From IMG/VR virus record IMGVR_UViG_3300037882_003354, positions 258,513-322,512 of that record: a stretch of DNA of 64,000 nt; one strand, 5' to 3'. The notes beneath the pieces are model-generated. The model made no database searches and was not told where the DNA came from. It saw only the letters and a list, made by a program, of their open reading frames with translations. The position numbers were made by a program, and so were the translations under genes. Of the stretch, positions 25,980 through 36,600 are shown one piece after another. Position 1 is the stretch's first letter, and each line of letters opens with the position of its first letter.

Positions 25980-26728
25980 CGGTCCTTTTCTATGACCACT
26001 GCTTGGTCACCGTTTCTAATAAGAAACTTGTTGCCTATTTTGTTGATGTCGTAATTGCCCAGATATTTGTTTAAGAATGTCACTTGTCCGTGACTGCTCT
26101 CGTCCAGGGCCAGGTGCCCGGGCACAGTGGCCTTCACTGCATCATAATCACCAATGGACACCAACTTGGCAGTGACATCACCTGCATACGGCTTGCTGAA
26201 TGTGATGGTACTGTCTGATTCCAGCGCCACAGAGGTCGCGCCTTGGTTAAAAAATTCCTGTATGTCCTGGGTTTTGTCTTCCAGTACTACCTGCTGGTAG
26301 TCCTGTGGTGTCATGGGCACATGTTGTGATACAGATTCCGGGCTGAAGTCCACAGTTTTGGCTGATTTATAATACTTGAATTTCCAATCGTAGCAGTCGC
26401 ACAGCTGGCTGATACCGCTCATCAGATGTTTCAGTTGTCCGGGCAATCTGGGAGTTCTTGCTATTTCTACAAACACCTGATATTGGCCATCCATTTCCTC
26501 ACCGGCACTCATGTCAGCGTCCAGGATAAATGTGTATCCTTTTTCCATGAACTCCATGAGATCAGTGGCGGGGTATTTTTCCTTGACGCGAAAACCCAAT
26601 ACCACCACATCCTGGTCGTCGCCCATTTTGCTCTTGTATTGATCCACTGTGAATATGTCACTGACATATTCTTTTAGATCTTTTGCTCTCAGGCCTTCTG
26701 TGAGATTATGCTGGTGTTTCTTGAGCAT
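25973..26728 (-). CDS. hypothetical late protein
   Basis: 251 aa, NLTEG near N-terminus. Confidence 0.75.
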   Translation of the reverse strand: MLKKHQHNLTEGLRAKDLKEYVSDIFTVDQYKSKMGDDQDVVVLGFRVKEKYPATDLMEFMEKGYTFILDADMSAGEEMDGQYQVFVEIARTPRLPGQLKHLMSGISQLCDCYDWKFKYYKSAKTVDFSPESVSQHVPMTPQDYQQVVLEDKTQDIQEFFNQGATSVALESDSTITFSKPYAGDVTAKLVSIGDYDAVKATVPGHLALDESSHGQVTFLNKYLGNYDINKIGNKFLIRNGDQAVVIEKDRW

Positions 26729-27233
26729 TGTTGGGGTTCTCCTGGGCTGCTTCGTCAGCGTTCATGGTCGCACTGGGATTGTAACGCATCAATTCGGCCA
26801 TTTGAATATGATCTTTATTTTCCTTGCCAACGTAGACATCTCGCATCAATGTCTTGGGCATGATCACGGTCACTGTCCATATGGGGTGTGCATCAATCTT
26901 GCCTTTCTTGGTACCTGGGCGGTAGTCGTCAGGATCTTTGATTTTTCTGGGAATCAGCACATTCTCTTTTTTATAGATCACCTGGCACCCGTATTCGTAG
27001 AGTCGCCGGCCACCTTCAGGATCAGGCATCTCTTTTTCAGGCCACATGAATGTGCATGACACGCTGTATCTAGAAATGTTGGGCCCGGACACCAACTCAC
27101 CCTCCTCCCAGTTTTTAAACACGTAGATATCCAGTTCGTCAAACACTCTCTCATATTCCTTGAGTGTGTTAAACGCACTATTATTTTCGCTAAGTGTTTG
27201 GAGGTTTCGAATTACGTCAAGTATATCGTGCAT
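26706..27233 (-). CDS. hypothetical late protein
   Basis: 175 aa; ATAAATA at 27253-27259 upstream. Confidence 0.75.
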   Translation of the reverse strand: MHDILDVIRNLQTLSENNSAFNTLKEYERVFDELDIYVFKNWEEGELVSGPNISRYSVSCTFMWPEKEMPDPEGGRRLYEYGCQVIYKKENVLIPRKIKDPDDYRPGTKKGKIDAHPIWTVTVIMPKTLMRDVYVGKENKDHIQMAELMRYNPSATMNADEAAQENPNNAQETPA

Positions 27234-27379
27234 GATTGGTCTCTTTACTGGTTATTTATGATTTTTTACTAGTAAAATTCTAAAATCCCACAGGGCGATT
27301 ATTGGGCTGTTTCCCATACTTTTTAATTTGATGCCGTAAATACTCGTGCAGGTCGATGTTCACCAACTGGGAGGTAAAA

Positions 27380-28117
27380 TTGCCAAGAGCCAGAAGACAC
27401 GAAAAATTTCAAGATCAACGAAAAGATCGAGAAGCTAGCCATACTTCGAATCAACCTGATTCGAACATCAAGAAGCAGCGTCAAGTGATGATTGTTCCTC
27501 GGAACACGTCACAAGAGAATTATCTCGAGATGCTAAAAAACCCTAAAAAATACATTGTTTTTGCCATCGGCCCTGCCGGTACAGGTAAAACCATGATGGC
27601 TGTGCAAATGGCCATCAAATTGTACAAAGAAGGAGCGATTAAAAAAATAATCATCACACGGCCAGCTGTGTCGGTGGATGAAGAGCATGGGTTCTTACCA
27701 GGCACCCTGAATCAAAAAATGGAGCCCTGGACACGACCCATCATGGATGTGTTTGAGGAATACTATCATCCCAAGGAAATTTCAGACATGCTGGATGACG
27801 GCGTTATTGAAATAAGCCCCCTGGCCATGATGCGTGGCAGGACATTTAAAAATGCCTTTATCATAGCCGACGAAATTCAGAACACCACGCCCAGTCAGAT
27901 GAAAATGCTACTGACCAGAATAGGTGAAGGATCTAGGATGGCCGTGACGGGCGATTTAAATCAAGCAGATCGACCCAGAGAAAATGGATTGCTTGACTTT
28001 ACTTCCAAACTGGGAGACCATGCGTGTAAAATGATTGCTTTTGCGTATTTTACCACCAACGATATTGAAAGACACCCCGTGGTCAAGGAGATATTATCAA
28101 TATACAAAGATGAATAA
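27380..28117 (+). CDS. phoH: PhoH-family ATPase
   Basis: GPAGTGKT, RPAV, GFLPG, MRGRTF, DEIQN, GDLNQ, RHPVV; likely TTG start after GGAGG. Confidence 0.95.
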   Translation: MPRARRHEKFQDQRKDREASHTSNQPDSNIKKQRQVMIVPRNTSQENYLEMLKNPKKYIVFAIGPAGTGKTMMAVQMAIKLYKEGAIKKIIITRPAVSVDEEHGFLPGTLNQKMEPWTRPIMDVFEEYYHPKEISDMLDDGVIEISPLAMMRGRTFKNAFIIADEIQNTTPSQMKMLLTRIGEGSRMAVTGDLNQADRPRENGLLDFTSKLGDHACKMIAFAYFTTNDIERHPVVKEILSIYKDE

Positions 28118-28140
28118 CATTTAACTCACACACTGAAAAC

Positions 28141-28181
28141 AAACCGCATGAACACTCGACCTGCAATCGATCATGCGGTTT
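28141..28181. terminator. hairpin between convergent phoH and clamp loader
   Basis: AAACCGCATGA...TCATGCGGTTT 11-bp stem. Confidence 0.55.
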
Positions 28182-28185
28182 CCCA

Positions 28186-29115
28186 TCACTGGTCCTGCAA
28201 TCTGGCCAGTTTTACCAAGACTGCTGCTAGATTTATTTCAGCGTCAGCCACCAGTGTGTGGTCCACTAATCCCTGCTTGATGATCAACAACGCAGAGTCT
28301 TTTTTCTCTTCAGTATCACCGAATAATTCCAGATTTTCGTAGAGCCAGCGAAATATACTTTCCATTTCTTCCGCCTGTGCCCTTGAGCACAGTAATTCGC
28401 GAGCAGCCCGTATCTTGCCGGCCTTGAACAACTCCACCATTTCAATCTTGTAATCGCTGCTGTCTGAACCACCGATCGTTGGAGACAGCAACACGCCATC
28501 AGACACATTTTGTTGCACCAGGTTGATGCACTTGCGCAGATCGGGATACGCCACCTTGACGTAGGTGTCCAGGGTGTCCAGGTCAAATTCCACGTTCTCG
28601 GTAACCAGGATGGTGGCCACTCGAGCAGTATATTCTGTCTGATCAGTCTTCTCTACATGGAACCCCTGGCACCTGCTGTGCAGTGCGGGAATAATCTTGT
28701 TGGGATAGTTACAGGTCAAGATGAATCTGCTGGTGCTGGAATATGTTTCCATGACTCCGCGCAGGATGGCCTGCGCATTGGGCGTCATATAATCCGCCTC
28801 GTCCAGCAGCACCACCTTGAAGGGTCCGAATGGAATCATCTGTACAAAGTTGATGATCTTGTCGCGCACCGTTTCCACATTGTTTTCACGACTGGCATTG
28901 ATCTCTAAAACATCATATTCTTCGATGCCCAGTTCATGTAGTAGAACCTTGGCCAGTGTGGTCTTGCCAATGCCTGCAGCACCAGAAAACAACAGATGCG
29001 GTATGGACCGTTCCTTGACCCAGGACTTGACCTGTCGCTTTTGTGCTTCATCTTTGAACACATATTCTTCGATAGTATTGGGCCTATACAACTCTGTCCA
29101 GAGTTTCTTATTCAT
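28186..29115 (-). CDS. clamp loader AAA+ subunit (RFC small / T4 gp44-like)
   Basis: WTELYRP, GAAGIGKTT, EINAS, LDEAD, SRC, DLRK. Confidence 0.93.
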   Translation of the reverse strand: MNKKLWTELYRPNTIEEYVFKDEAQKRQVKSWVKERSIPHLLFSGAAGIGKTTLAKVLLHELGIEEYDVLEINASRENNVETVRDKIINFVQMIPFGPFKVVLLDEADYMTPNAQAILRGVMETYSSTSRFILTCNYPNKIIPALHSRCQGFHVEKTDQTEYTARVATILVTENVEFDLDTLDTYVKVAYPDLRKCINLVQQNVSDGVLLSPTIGGSDSSDYKIEMVELFKAGKIRAARELLCSRAQAEEMESIFRWLYENLELFGDTEEKKDSALLIIKQGLVDHTLVADAEINLAAVLVKLARLQDQ

Positions 29116-29263
29116 TTTTACCTTTAATTAAAATGTTGATCATTCTTGTTCTCCACAGTCTGGCATCCGACTCGGAATCAAATCCCGGACTGAGCTCAGT
29201 GTCGTGGTCGTTGGTTTCCACCCAGACCCAGACTTCATTCCACTCATCATGAATGAGTGTCAT
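29108..29263 (-). CDS. hypothetical protein
   Basis: MTLIHDEWNE..., coupled to clamp loader start. Confidence 0.55.
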   Translation of the reverse strand: MTLIHDEWNEVWVWVETNDHDTELSPGFDSESDARLWRTRMINILIKGKNE

Positions 29264-29453
29264 GTTTGAACTCCATGTGAGGTAGGATGCAGTTGTCGAA
29301 AATTTGTGCCATGTTATTGTAGATGTGCTCTCTTTCTGAGTGCGTGGTCCCACATGCCATGACATTGCAACCAAAACCCACTGCCCTTTCTAGGCCGTAG
29401 TCGTGTCTGTAAGTATAGCACATGGACAGAATGATGTCTTCACGAGTTTTCAT
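29247..29453 (-). CDS. hypothetical protein
   Basis: MKTREDIILSMCYTYRHDYGL. Confidence 0.6.
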   Translation of the reverse strand: MKTREDIILSMCYTYRHDYGLERAVGFGCNVMACGTTHSEREHIYNNMAQIFDNCILPHMEFKHDTHS

Positions 29454-29913
29454 GTTTGGATCGTTCTGCCGCTGCCACTCTTTTACGCAGGCTGCTGCTG
29501 GAGAAGCTATGGTCTCTTCCATTGAAGACAATTTCTATGCCACGTTTCTTACAGATATCTTTGCCTGTAAATTCCTGATCAGCGTATTCCACACCTAATA
29601 CTCTAACATCAACTGGTAAAATTAGCAATAGATCTTCAAGATCTTTTTCAGTCTGATAGACCACCACTTCGTCCACATTACGATTGGTGGCCAACTGAAT
29701 TTGTCGCTCCACTATGCTCTGTATGGGAGCATTTTTAGTTGTGGGCCTGTCTATGGTGGGGTCTGTTTGTAGCGCAGCAATCAGGTAATCGCAGTGGTTT
29801 CTCGCTTCGGCCAGCATGGCTATGTGACCAGAGTGAAAAAGATCAAATGCAGAAAACACGATGCCAATTTTAAACCCTTCTTGTTTGAGTTGTTTGACCT
29901 TGTTGAATATCAC
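29440..29913 (-). CDS. cytidylyltransferase-family (TagD / HldE adenylyltransferase-like)
   Basis: FDLFHSGH, QSIVER, FSSSSLR. Confidence 0.88.
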   Translation of the reverse strand: MIFNKVKQLKQEGFKIGIVFSAFDLFHSGHIAMLAEARNHCDYLIAALQTDPTIDRPTTKNAPIQSIVERQIQLATNRNVDEVVVYQTEKDLEDLLLILPVDVRVLGVEYADQEFTGKDICKKRGIEIVFNGRDHSFSSSSLRKRVAAAERSKHENS

Positions 29914-29943
29914 AGTTGTATGTCCTTACATCTTTTCACCGCA

Positions 29944-30276
29944 TCAGGCACGATACAGCATGTGTGGTTTTGCGTCGGCACTCATCAGGACTGCCTGGTT
30001 GTCCACCATACGAACTTCCATGCAGTCACCAGATGCAGTCTCCACTTGGATGGTGCGAGTCCAGCGCCCATGTTCGATCAAAATCCATTGACCCACGGTG
30101 ACGTCTTGTTGCTCAGGACCCACGGCCCACACCTGCGCCCATCTGGGAACAATGCCTTCAGCCTTGCCATCAGAGCTGGCAATAAAAATACCACCTGAGG
30201 TTTTTTGCTCACCAAAGTCCATGTCACTGACCAGCACCTTGTCTCCCAGCGGTCGTACCGTACCTTGAACTTTCAT
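29944..30276 (-). CDS. groES: GroES-like co-chaperonin
   Basis: RPLGDKVLV, KTSGGIFI mobile loop, VWAVGP. Confidence 0.85.
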   Translation of the reverse strand: MKVQGTVRPLGDKVLVSDMDFGEQKTSGGIFIASSDGKAEGIVPRWAQVWAVGPEQQDVTVGQWILIEHGRWTRTIQVETASGDCMEVRMVDNQAVLMSADAKPHMLYRA

Positions 30277-30549
30277 TTATTCTCCTGCCTGGGAGGATTT
30301 TTTAGGCTTGTTGACTTCTGCCTGTTCTGTGGACTTGATCACTGGGGTGGATCGCATGACCTGTGCTTGCGGATTGTCTTCGTAGTAATCTGACACCACG
30401 TCTTCTCGCTTGCGAATGATCTTACCGCCAGGGCCCAGCTCGTCCCCCCTCGCATTAACTTTCATATTTCCAATCGCCGGCATTAACTCATTCTTCTTGA
30501 TTAATTTTTCTAGATCGATTTCTTTACCTTGCATTGTTCTGTATACCAT
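30277..30549 (-). CDS. hypothetical protein
   Basis: GNMKVNARGDELGPGGKI. Confidence 0.75.
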   Translation of the reverse strand: MVYRTMQGKEIDLEKLIKKNELMPAIGNMKVNARGDELGPGGKIIRKREDVVSDYYEDNPQAQVMRSTPVIKSTEQAEVNKPKKSSQAGE

Positions 30550-30559
30550 GATGGTCTCC

Positions 30560-31081
30560 TTATTTTAAAAACTCTTTGATATCAAGTTCGTACTTGATAC
30601 TGTCCACTTTGTGCACGCCCATGAGGTATAGACAGTAGCTGGCCACTGAACTGCCACGGCCCACACCCCACACGATACCATGTGCTCGCATGGTATCCAC
30701 TAGATATTTAAGATATACCAACAGGTCGTACATGCCATACTGAACAAACATTTCCAATTCTTGGTTGACTCGTGCGCGTTGTTGATCGGTGGTGCACTGA
30801 TCGTACAACCATTCCACCAGAGGGAATTCTCCATAGTGTTGGGGCATGAACCAGTGTGCTTGGTTGGTCTGATCAAACTCCCGCTGACTGATCATGATGT
30901 CGGACAGCGTGTGCAATCTGGGCATTCGATCAGCATTGATCTCGCATGCTTGATTGTATTGATCGATCACAGGCAGGTCATCCACATATACCCCCCGCAG
31001 ATCATGGATCTTGCTGTGGTATAATGCCGTAAATGCTTCTGACTCTGTTATGGATACGCGACTGTAATCGTCAATTTTCAC
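30560..31081 (-). CDS. stand-alone fragment of DNA polymerase III alpha (DnaE-like)
   Basis: RVNQEL...GIVWGVGRGSSVASYCLYLMGVHKVDSIKYEL..EFL, ending before the PDxD catalytic motif. Confidence 0.8.
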   Translation of the reverse strand: MKIDDYSRVSITESEAFTALYHSKIHDLRGVYVDDLPVIDQYNQACEINADRMPRLHTLSDIMISQREFDQTNQAHWFMPQHYGEFPLVEWLYDQCTTDQQRARVNQELEMFVQYGMYDLLVYLKYLVDTMRAHGIVWGVGRGSSVASYCLYLMGVHKVDSIKYELDIKEFLK

Positions 31082-31628
31082 TCAATCCGCCTCTGATGAC
31101 TCGTGGTTCGAATCCAGTGCTGTCGCTGATGTCCAGTTCGGCCCAGGATTTGTTGGTGCTGCCGGATCCTGTGTCGGTGGAATCTGAGTTCCACCAATGA
31201 TCGCCTGCGAGTTCCAAATCAGCATCTTCAGGATCCACAATAGCATATTGTATGCGGTCGCCTATTGGGCTGTCAATGACCAGTTGAATTATTTCAAAAT
31301 ACTTTTCAGCCAACACTGAAAACTTTCTGAGCAGTATGGAACCCAGGTAGAAATCGTAGGGATCCGTGGGCATGTGCACTATATTGGTGTCCAGCGATTT
31401 CAAGGTTTCAATCATGGCGCTGTCCTGATTGACAATCACGCTGTTGTGCAGATGATTTTCCACAAAATACCTGATCTTCTTGAAGCCAGTGACTATGTTG
31501 CTCTGCGCGTCACCGTTGGGTTCGATGCTGATACGAATGTTATAATGGTTGGGCAACATGCAATTTTCTATCACCAGGGTGCAACTGAAATCCACGGGCC
31601 ATACCACGTCTTCTGAGTTAATTGACAT
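31071..31628 (-). CDS. hypothetical protein
   Basis: 185-aa ORF in operon. Confidence 0.75.
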   Translation of the reverse strand: MSINSEDVVWPVDFSCTLVIENCMLPNHYNIRISIEPNGDAQSNIVTGFKKIRYFVENHLHNSVIVNQDSAMIETLKSLDTNIVHMPTDPYDFYLGSILLRKFSVLAEKYFEIIQLVIDSPIGDRIQYAIVDPEDADLELAGDHWWNSDSTDTGSGSTNKSWAELDISDSTGFEPRVIRGGLSEN

Positions 31629-31860
31629 TGATTAAATCGTCCAATCCTTTTTCTTGTTTGTTGACCATGACTTTGTTGGTTTGCTTGTATCGTTGCTGTT
31701 GTTCGGTCTTGTAGACTTCCAGAGCCATGATGATCTGTTGACACATGCCACCCTGTCCCAACCGGGCAGCCATGTGATACTTTTTACTCAGATCCTGGAT
31801 CTTCTCCTCCAGATCTTTGTCTTTTAACTTGCCGGGATTGGCTAACAATGGGTGAAACAT
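31618..31860 (-). CDS. hypothetical protein
   Basis: 80-aa ORF MFHPL... Confidence 0.7.
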   Translation of the reverse strand: MFHPLLANPGKLKDKDLEEKIQDLSKKYHMAARLGQGGMCQQIIMALEVYKTEQQQRYKQTNKVMVNKQEKGLDDLINVN

Positions 31861-31866
31861 TGATGG

Positions 31867-33633
31867 TCAACCGGTGGTTTTCATTATGTAGAGCAGGGCA
31901 TAGTACTGCGGCACAGTGGCCACGCTGTGCGTGTGTGCTATGGTATGATTGTGCGGTTGCCCGCCGCCAGTGCCACCGATCTGCTGCCCATCAAGCGACC
32001 CTGCGCTGCCGGTATATCCCGCATAACTGATGATCTGACTTGCATCCCTTACAAATCCCCCAACTCCATCGGTGGCAGTAACACCTGTATCGCCAGAAAG
32101 ATACGGATGGCTGTGCAGCGGCATCTGATCGATGGTCAGTGTGGTATCGCCGGTGTTGCTTGCACTGGAGGCACCGGTCGAGGTGGATGCATGACCACCT
32201 ATACTGGTTGCTGCATATATACCGCTGGTGACAGTGGTGGCAGCGACTATGAATTTCCCCCTCAGGTCCGGGGTATCGTTCAGGCCATCGCACACAGCCC
32301 AGCCCGGGGGAATTGACGCCTTGGTGGCCCCAGACCACATGATGATGGTTCCACGGGGTAAAATGTCATGCACAAATTCTGTGGTGGCCAGGGAGAGGCT
32401 GTTATTTTCCACTGGCAGCGTCTGTGTGGCCACAGGGGATCCTGAACCATCAAGTGCATTGAATTTGGCCCAGGTGTTTCCACCTGCAGCAAAGTCAGCA
32501 ACTGCTATGTATAGAGCAGTTGAATCGGCTGCCACTTGGCCCCTAAGGTCCCCCGGTCGACCCCTGGGCACATTTGTAGGAACCCCTGTCACCAGGTTGA
32601 GCAATTCCGGTTGGCCTGGAAATCTGGGGTTGGTAAAAATCATGTTGGGCTGGGTGGAATACGGAGTTGTTAATAGATTTGAATCAAACTCTGTGGTGGT
32701 CACCTTGTCACCATCCAGGTCCAGGCTCAGCACTGTAAATGTTGCGGTAAGTGAGGTAGAATTGAACAGAAACTTGGCGTTCAGCCGGATGCCCTCAATG
32801 CTGGTCACTGCGAATTGGGTGGATGTGCTGCTGTTAACATCAGACTGCAGATCGTTGACAACACCCAAAAATTTGGTAGACACCTGATTGGGCAACAACG
32901 CCAGGTTTCCAGCCGACGATGTGGATATGTTGGTCACCACAGTGAAATACGTGGTAGTTGACTGTTCTGTGGTGAATATGTTGGAACCCAATTGCAGACT
33001 GGTGGTGGCAGTCACACGGTTGCCCTTGACCAAATCAGAATTAACGTTGGTGGTGCTAGTGATGGAATCAAGTATTTGTCCATTGACCTTCCTGACAAAC
33101 AGGTTTTCACTGGTGCCATCACTGTGGATTTCGAACAGCACAGGCACACCTGTGATGAGTTTGATGGGCAAGGGCTCTGAGCTCAAATTCACCACGTTGA
33201 CTCCCAGGAAGTCCACGTCTGTGTCATACGGAGTGCTCTTGGATATGGCCAGCGTGAGGTTGCCTGATTTGTTGTCTCCGGGCCAGTTGCTCACGGTGAT
33301 GCGGTGTGTGCCCTGACCCACGCTGATTTTCTGATAGCTGCCATTGCGGTAGTCCACAGTCAGGTCGCCAGCACTGCTCACTGATTCATTATCATACACA
33401 AATGTCGAGCAATTCTTAAATTGAGCCTGCGTGACCAGACTTTGTCCAAAATCGTTGTCTTGGTTCAATCGCACCAGGTTGGTTTGCAGGTCGGTGATTT
33501 CGTCATTGGCCGTGTTCAGTGCCAGGGCAATGTTTTTATAGTTGTCCCTGAATCCCTGGCTGTCATTGTCCACCCCGGGCAAGGGGTAGTTCTGATTGAT
33601 TTTGTTGATGTAATTACTGGTTGTACTGGACAA
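31867..33633 (-). CDS. tail fibre / baseplate-associated protein with tail-collar domain
   Basis: NYPLPGVDNDSQGFRDN N-terminus; PRGTIIMWSG..PPGWAVCDG..TPDLRGKF collar; PQYYALLYIMK; ATAAATA at 33661-33667. Confidence 0.8.
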   Translation of the reverse strand: MSSTTSNYINKINQNYPLPGVDNDSQGFRDNYKNIALALNTANDEITDLQTNLVRLNQDNDFGQSLVTQAQFKNCSTFVYDNESVSSAGDLTVDYRNGSYQKISVGQGTHRITVSNWPGDNKSGNLTLAISKSTPYDTDVDFLGVNVVNLSSEPLPIKLITGVPVLFEIHSDGTSENLFVRKVNGQILDSITSTTNVNSDLVKGNRVTATTSLQLGSNIFTTEQSTTTYFTVVTNISTSSAGNLALLPNQVSTKFLGVVNDLQSDVNSSTSTQFAVTSIEGIRLNAKFLFNSTSLTATFTVLSLDLDGDKVTTTEFDSNLLTTPYSTQPNMIFTNPRFPGQPELLNLVTGVPTNVPRGRPGDLRGQVAADSTALYIAVADFAAGGNTWAKFNALDGSGSPVATQTLPVENNSLSLATTEFVHDILPRGTIIMWSGATKASIPPGWAVCDGLNDTPDLRGKFIVAATTVTSGIYAATSIGGHASTSTGASSASNTGDTTLTIDQMPLHSHPYLSGDTGVTATDGVGGFVRDASQIISYAGYTGSAGSLDGQQIGGTGGGQPHNHTIAHTHSVATVPQYYALLYIMKTTG

Positions 33634-33677
33634 TTTCTGGCTCCGTGATCGTTATATGACTATTTATTGATGGAATT

Positions 33678-36600
33678 TCAGGAGAACTTTTTCTTAAACT
33701 CTTCAAATTCTTTGCTGAGTTCCTTGATGGCCTCCACCAACAAAGGCACCACCTTCTCGTACTGAATGGTCCGGTAGTTCTCACCTGACTTGCTGTCACC
33801 GTTTTCATCACTATCAAACGGAGCCAACTTGACTGCCTCCGGCAATACAGCTTCCAATTCGTCGGCAAATAATCCAACTATGGATTCATCAGTGGAGAAC
33901 CCCAGCTGTTCAGCCAATTGATTGGGAGTGTACCGGATGCCAGTCAGGGCCCTGACCTTGGTCACAGCATCAGTAATCACACAAACATTGGTTTTCAATC
34001 TACGATCTGAAAAGAATGCTGTGATGTCACCCGTAGTTGTCAAAGCACCACTAAATTCATGACATTTTGCAACATACGGAATAGTACCTTCATCGATTGT
34101 GGCTGCGTTAGTTCCGACAAATCCAATGTAGCCCTGTCTTACTCCACCGCTGTGCGGGAAAAATTCAACATATCCAGACTTTGCACTAGTGCCAGTGCGT
34201 AGAGTTAAGAATCCGTTAGTTGTGCCAACCTGCGTGGTCAGCAATGTGGCATTTAGTGTGCCAGCAGTGCCAGACGCAGCAGCACCAATTCCCACGCTGG
34301 TAAATTGCAGGCTGCTGGTGCTGTTGATGCACAATATGCCAGTGCTGTCCACCCGGATGCGCTCTGCAGTACCAGCGCCAATCAACACAGTGCTTGACAA
34401 TCCATTCGAACCAATTAATGCACCAATGACAGTGTTATTGATACCAGTGGTTATTGCACAACCAGCACAGTATCCAATGCCAATATTGCGGGATCCGATG
34501 GTATTACTCACGAGCGCATTCCATCCAACGGCAGTGTTGTCAACCCCACTGGTGTTGGCGTTCAAGGCACAGGCACCTATTGCTGTGTTTGTAATACCAG
34601 TGATGTTGCACTGGAGTGCATAACTACCCACTGCGGTGTTTAAGCCACCATTTGTGTTTCTAAAGAGCGTATCGTTGCCAACGGCTGTGTTGCATCCGCC
34701 ACCGGTATTCTGCACAAGCGCACCAACTCCCAGGCCTGTATTGTAGCAGCCGACAATGTTGCATTTGAGTGTACCATACCCAATGGCCACGTTATTAACA
34801 CCGCCAGAGTTGCAGTAGAGTGCACCGACACCTTGTGCGGTGTTTCCACAGCCGTTAATGTTGAAGTATAGTGCACAAGCGCCAATAGCTGTATTGTTGT
34901 TGCCATATCCAGAGGGGCCAGGGCTGTTGTTGGAGAAAAGCGCATTATGACCCACGGCAGTGTTGTAGCTGTTTTCTATGGCGTTTGATAGCGCACCAGT
35001 GCCCACAGCCAAGTTGCCCCAGCCGGTGGTGTTGGCAGCCATGGCAAGGGCACCTATGGCCACATTGCCGTCGGTAGTGTTTTGCCTAAGCGCAAAACAA
35101 CCTATTGCGATATTACTGCAACCGATAATATTGTTAGAAAGTGCATTATATCCCACTGCAAAGTTGTTGTTGCCAATAGTATTTTTACCCAGTGAACTGG
35201 TGCCCTGTGCAAAGTTATTGCAACCAGTGGTGTTGTTGACCAGTGCATGGCATCCAGCTGCAAAATTATAGCAACCAGTCTGTGTCTTGTTACCGGCACA
35301 GCAACCTATGCCCACGTTGCCCAGTCCAGTGGTGTAGCCGAACACTGATCCCAGGCTGGTGGGAGTGGCCAGGGTGCTGGCGGCACTACTACCCACATAT
35401 CCTGCCGCTGACGAACCAGTGTAACCTGTACTTCCGATGTATCCAGGATCACCCCTGGAGCCCACCCATCCCACCGATCCAGTGTATCCCTGACTGCCCA
35501 CATAGCCACTACTGCCGGTGTAACCAATGCTGCCAGTGTATCCACGACTGCCAGTATATCCATTACTGCCGTTATAACCAACGTCACCCCGACTGCCGGT
35601 GTAACCCAGAACTCCCGATCCCGCATATCCAGTGGACGCTGATCCGGTGTAGCCAATGAGGCCACGACTGCCTGTGTATCCCAGCACACCCGATCCCACA
35701 TATCCCGTGGCAGCTGAGCCGGTGTAACCCACGCTGCCCTGGTATCCCACTCCTATGGAACCAGTGTATCCCAGTACAGCCGATCCCACATATCCAGCAC
35801 CGGCGGAGCCAGTATAACCCAGGCTACCACTATATCCAAATCCTGTGGAACCAGTGTAACCCAGACTGCCGGTGTATCCCTGTGTTCCTGAACCAGTGTA
35901 GCCAATGCCCTGCGAACCAGCATAACCCGCGCTGCCGCTGTATCCTATGCCCGACGAACCAGCATAACCGCGACTGCCAATGTAGCCAATGCTGCCAGTG
36001 TAACCAATTGATCCAGTGAAGCCAACACCCTGTGAACCAGCGTATCCTGAACTGCCAGTGTAACCTTGAGCGCCCGATCCTGTGTAGCCAACACCTTGTG
36101 AACCAGTGTAACCCTGGCTACCAGTGTAACCTTGGGCGCCCGATCCTGTGTACCCAAGCAGACCGCGACTGCCCACGTAGCCCACGCTGCCGGTGTAGCC
36201 CAGCACACTGGAACCGGAATATCCAATGCCCTGTGAACCGGTATATCCTGAACTGCCAGTGTAACCCTGTGGGCCCTGTACATTGCTTGCCGAGCCGGTG
36301 TATCCTATGCTGCCCACGTACCCTCGGCTGCCCGAGTAACCAGATGGTCCCACAATTTTACCAACATCAGAAAATCCTGACACATTACCCGGAGCAGTGG
36401 CATTGGAGTAGACCCATAAATTACCCGAATTCGCAGCAATATATCCATCGCCAATATTGATGGGACCAACGATGCTGGCGAACTGGCTGGTGGTGGCTTC
36501 AGTCACACTGCCCTTGATGTTGAGGCCAGAGCCCAGGGAACCAGTGTACCCAAAATCACCTCTAGAGCCACGACTGCCCACATATCCCGTGTCTCCCAGA

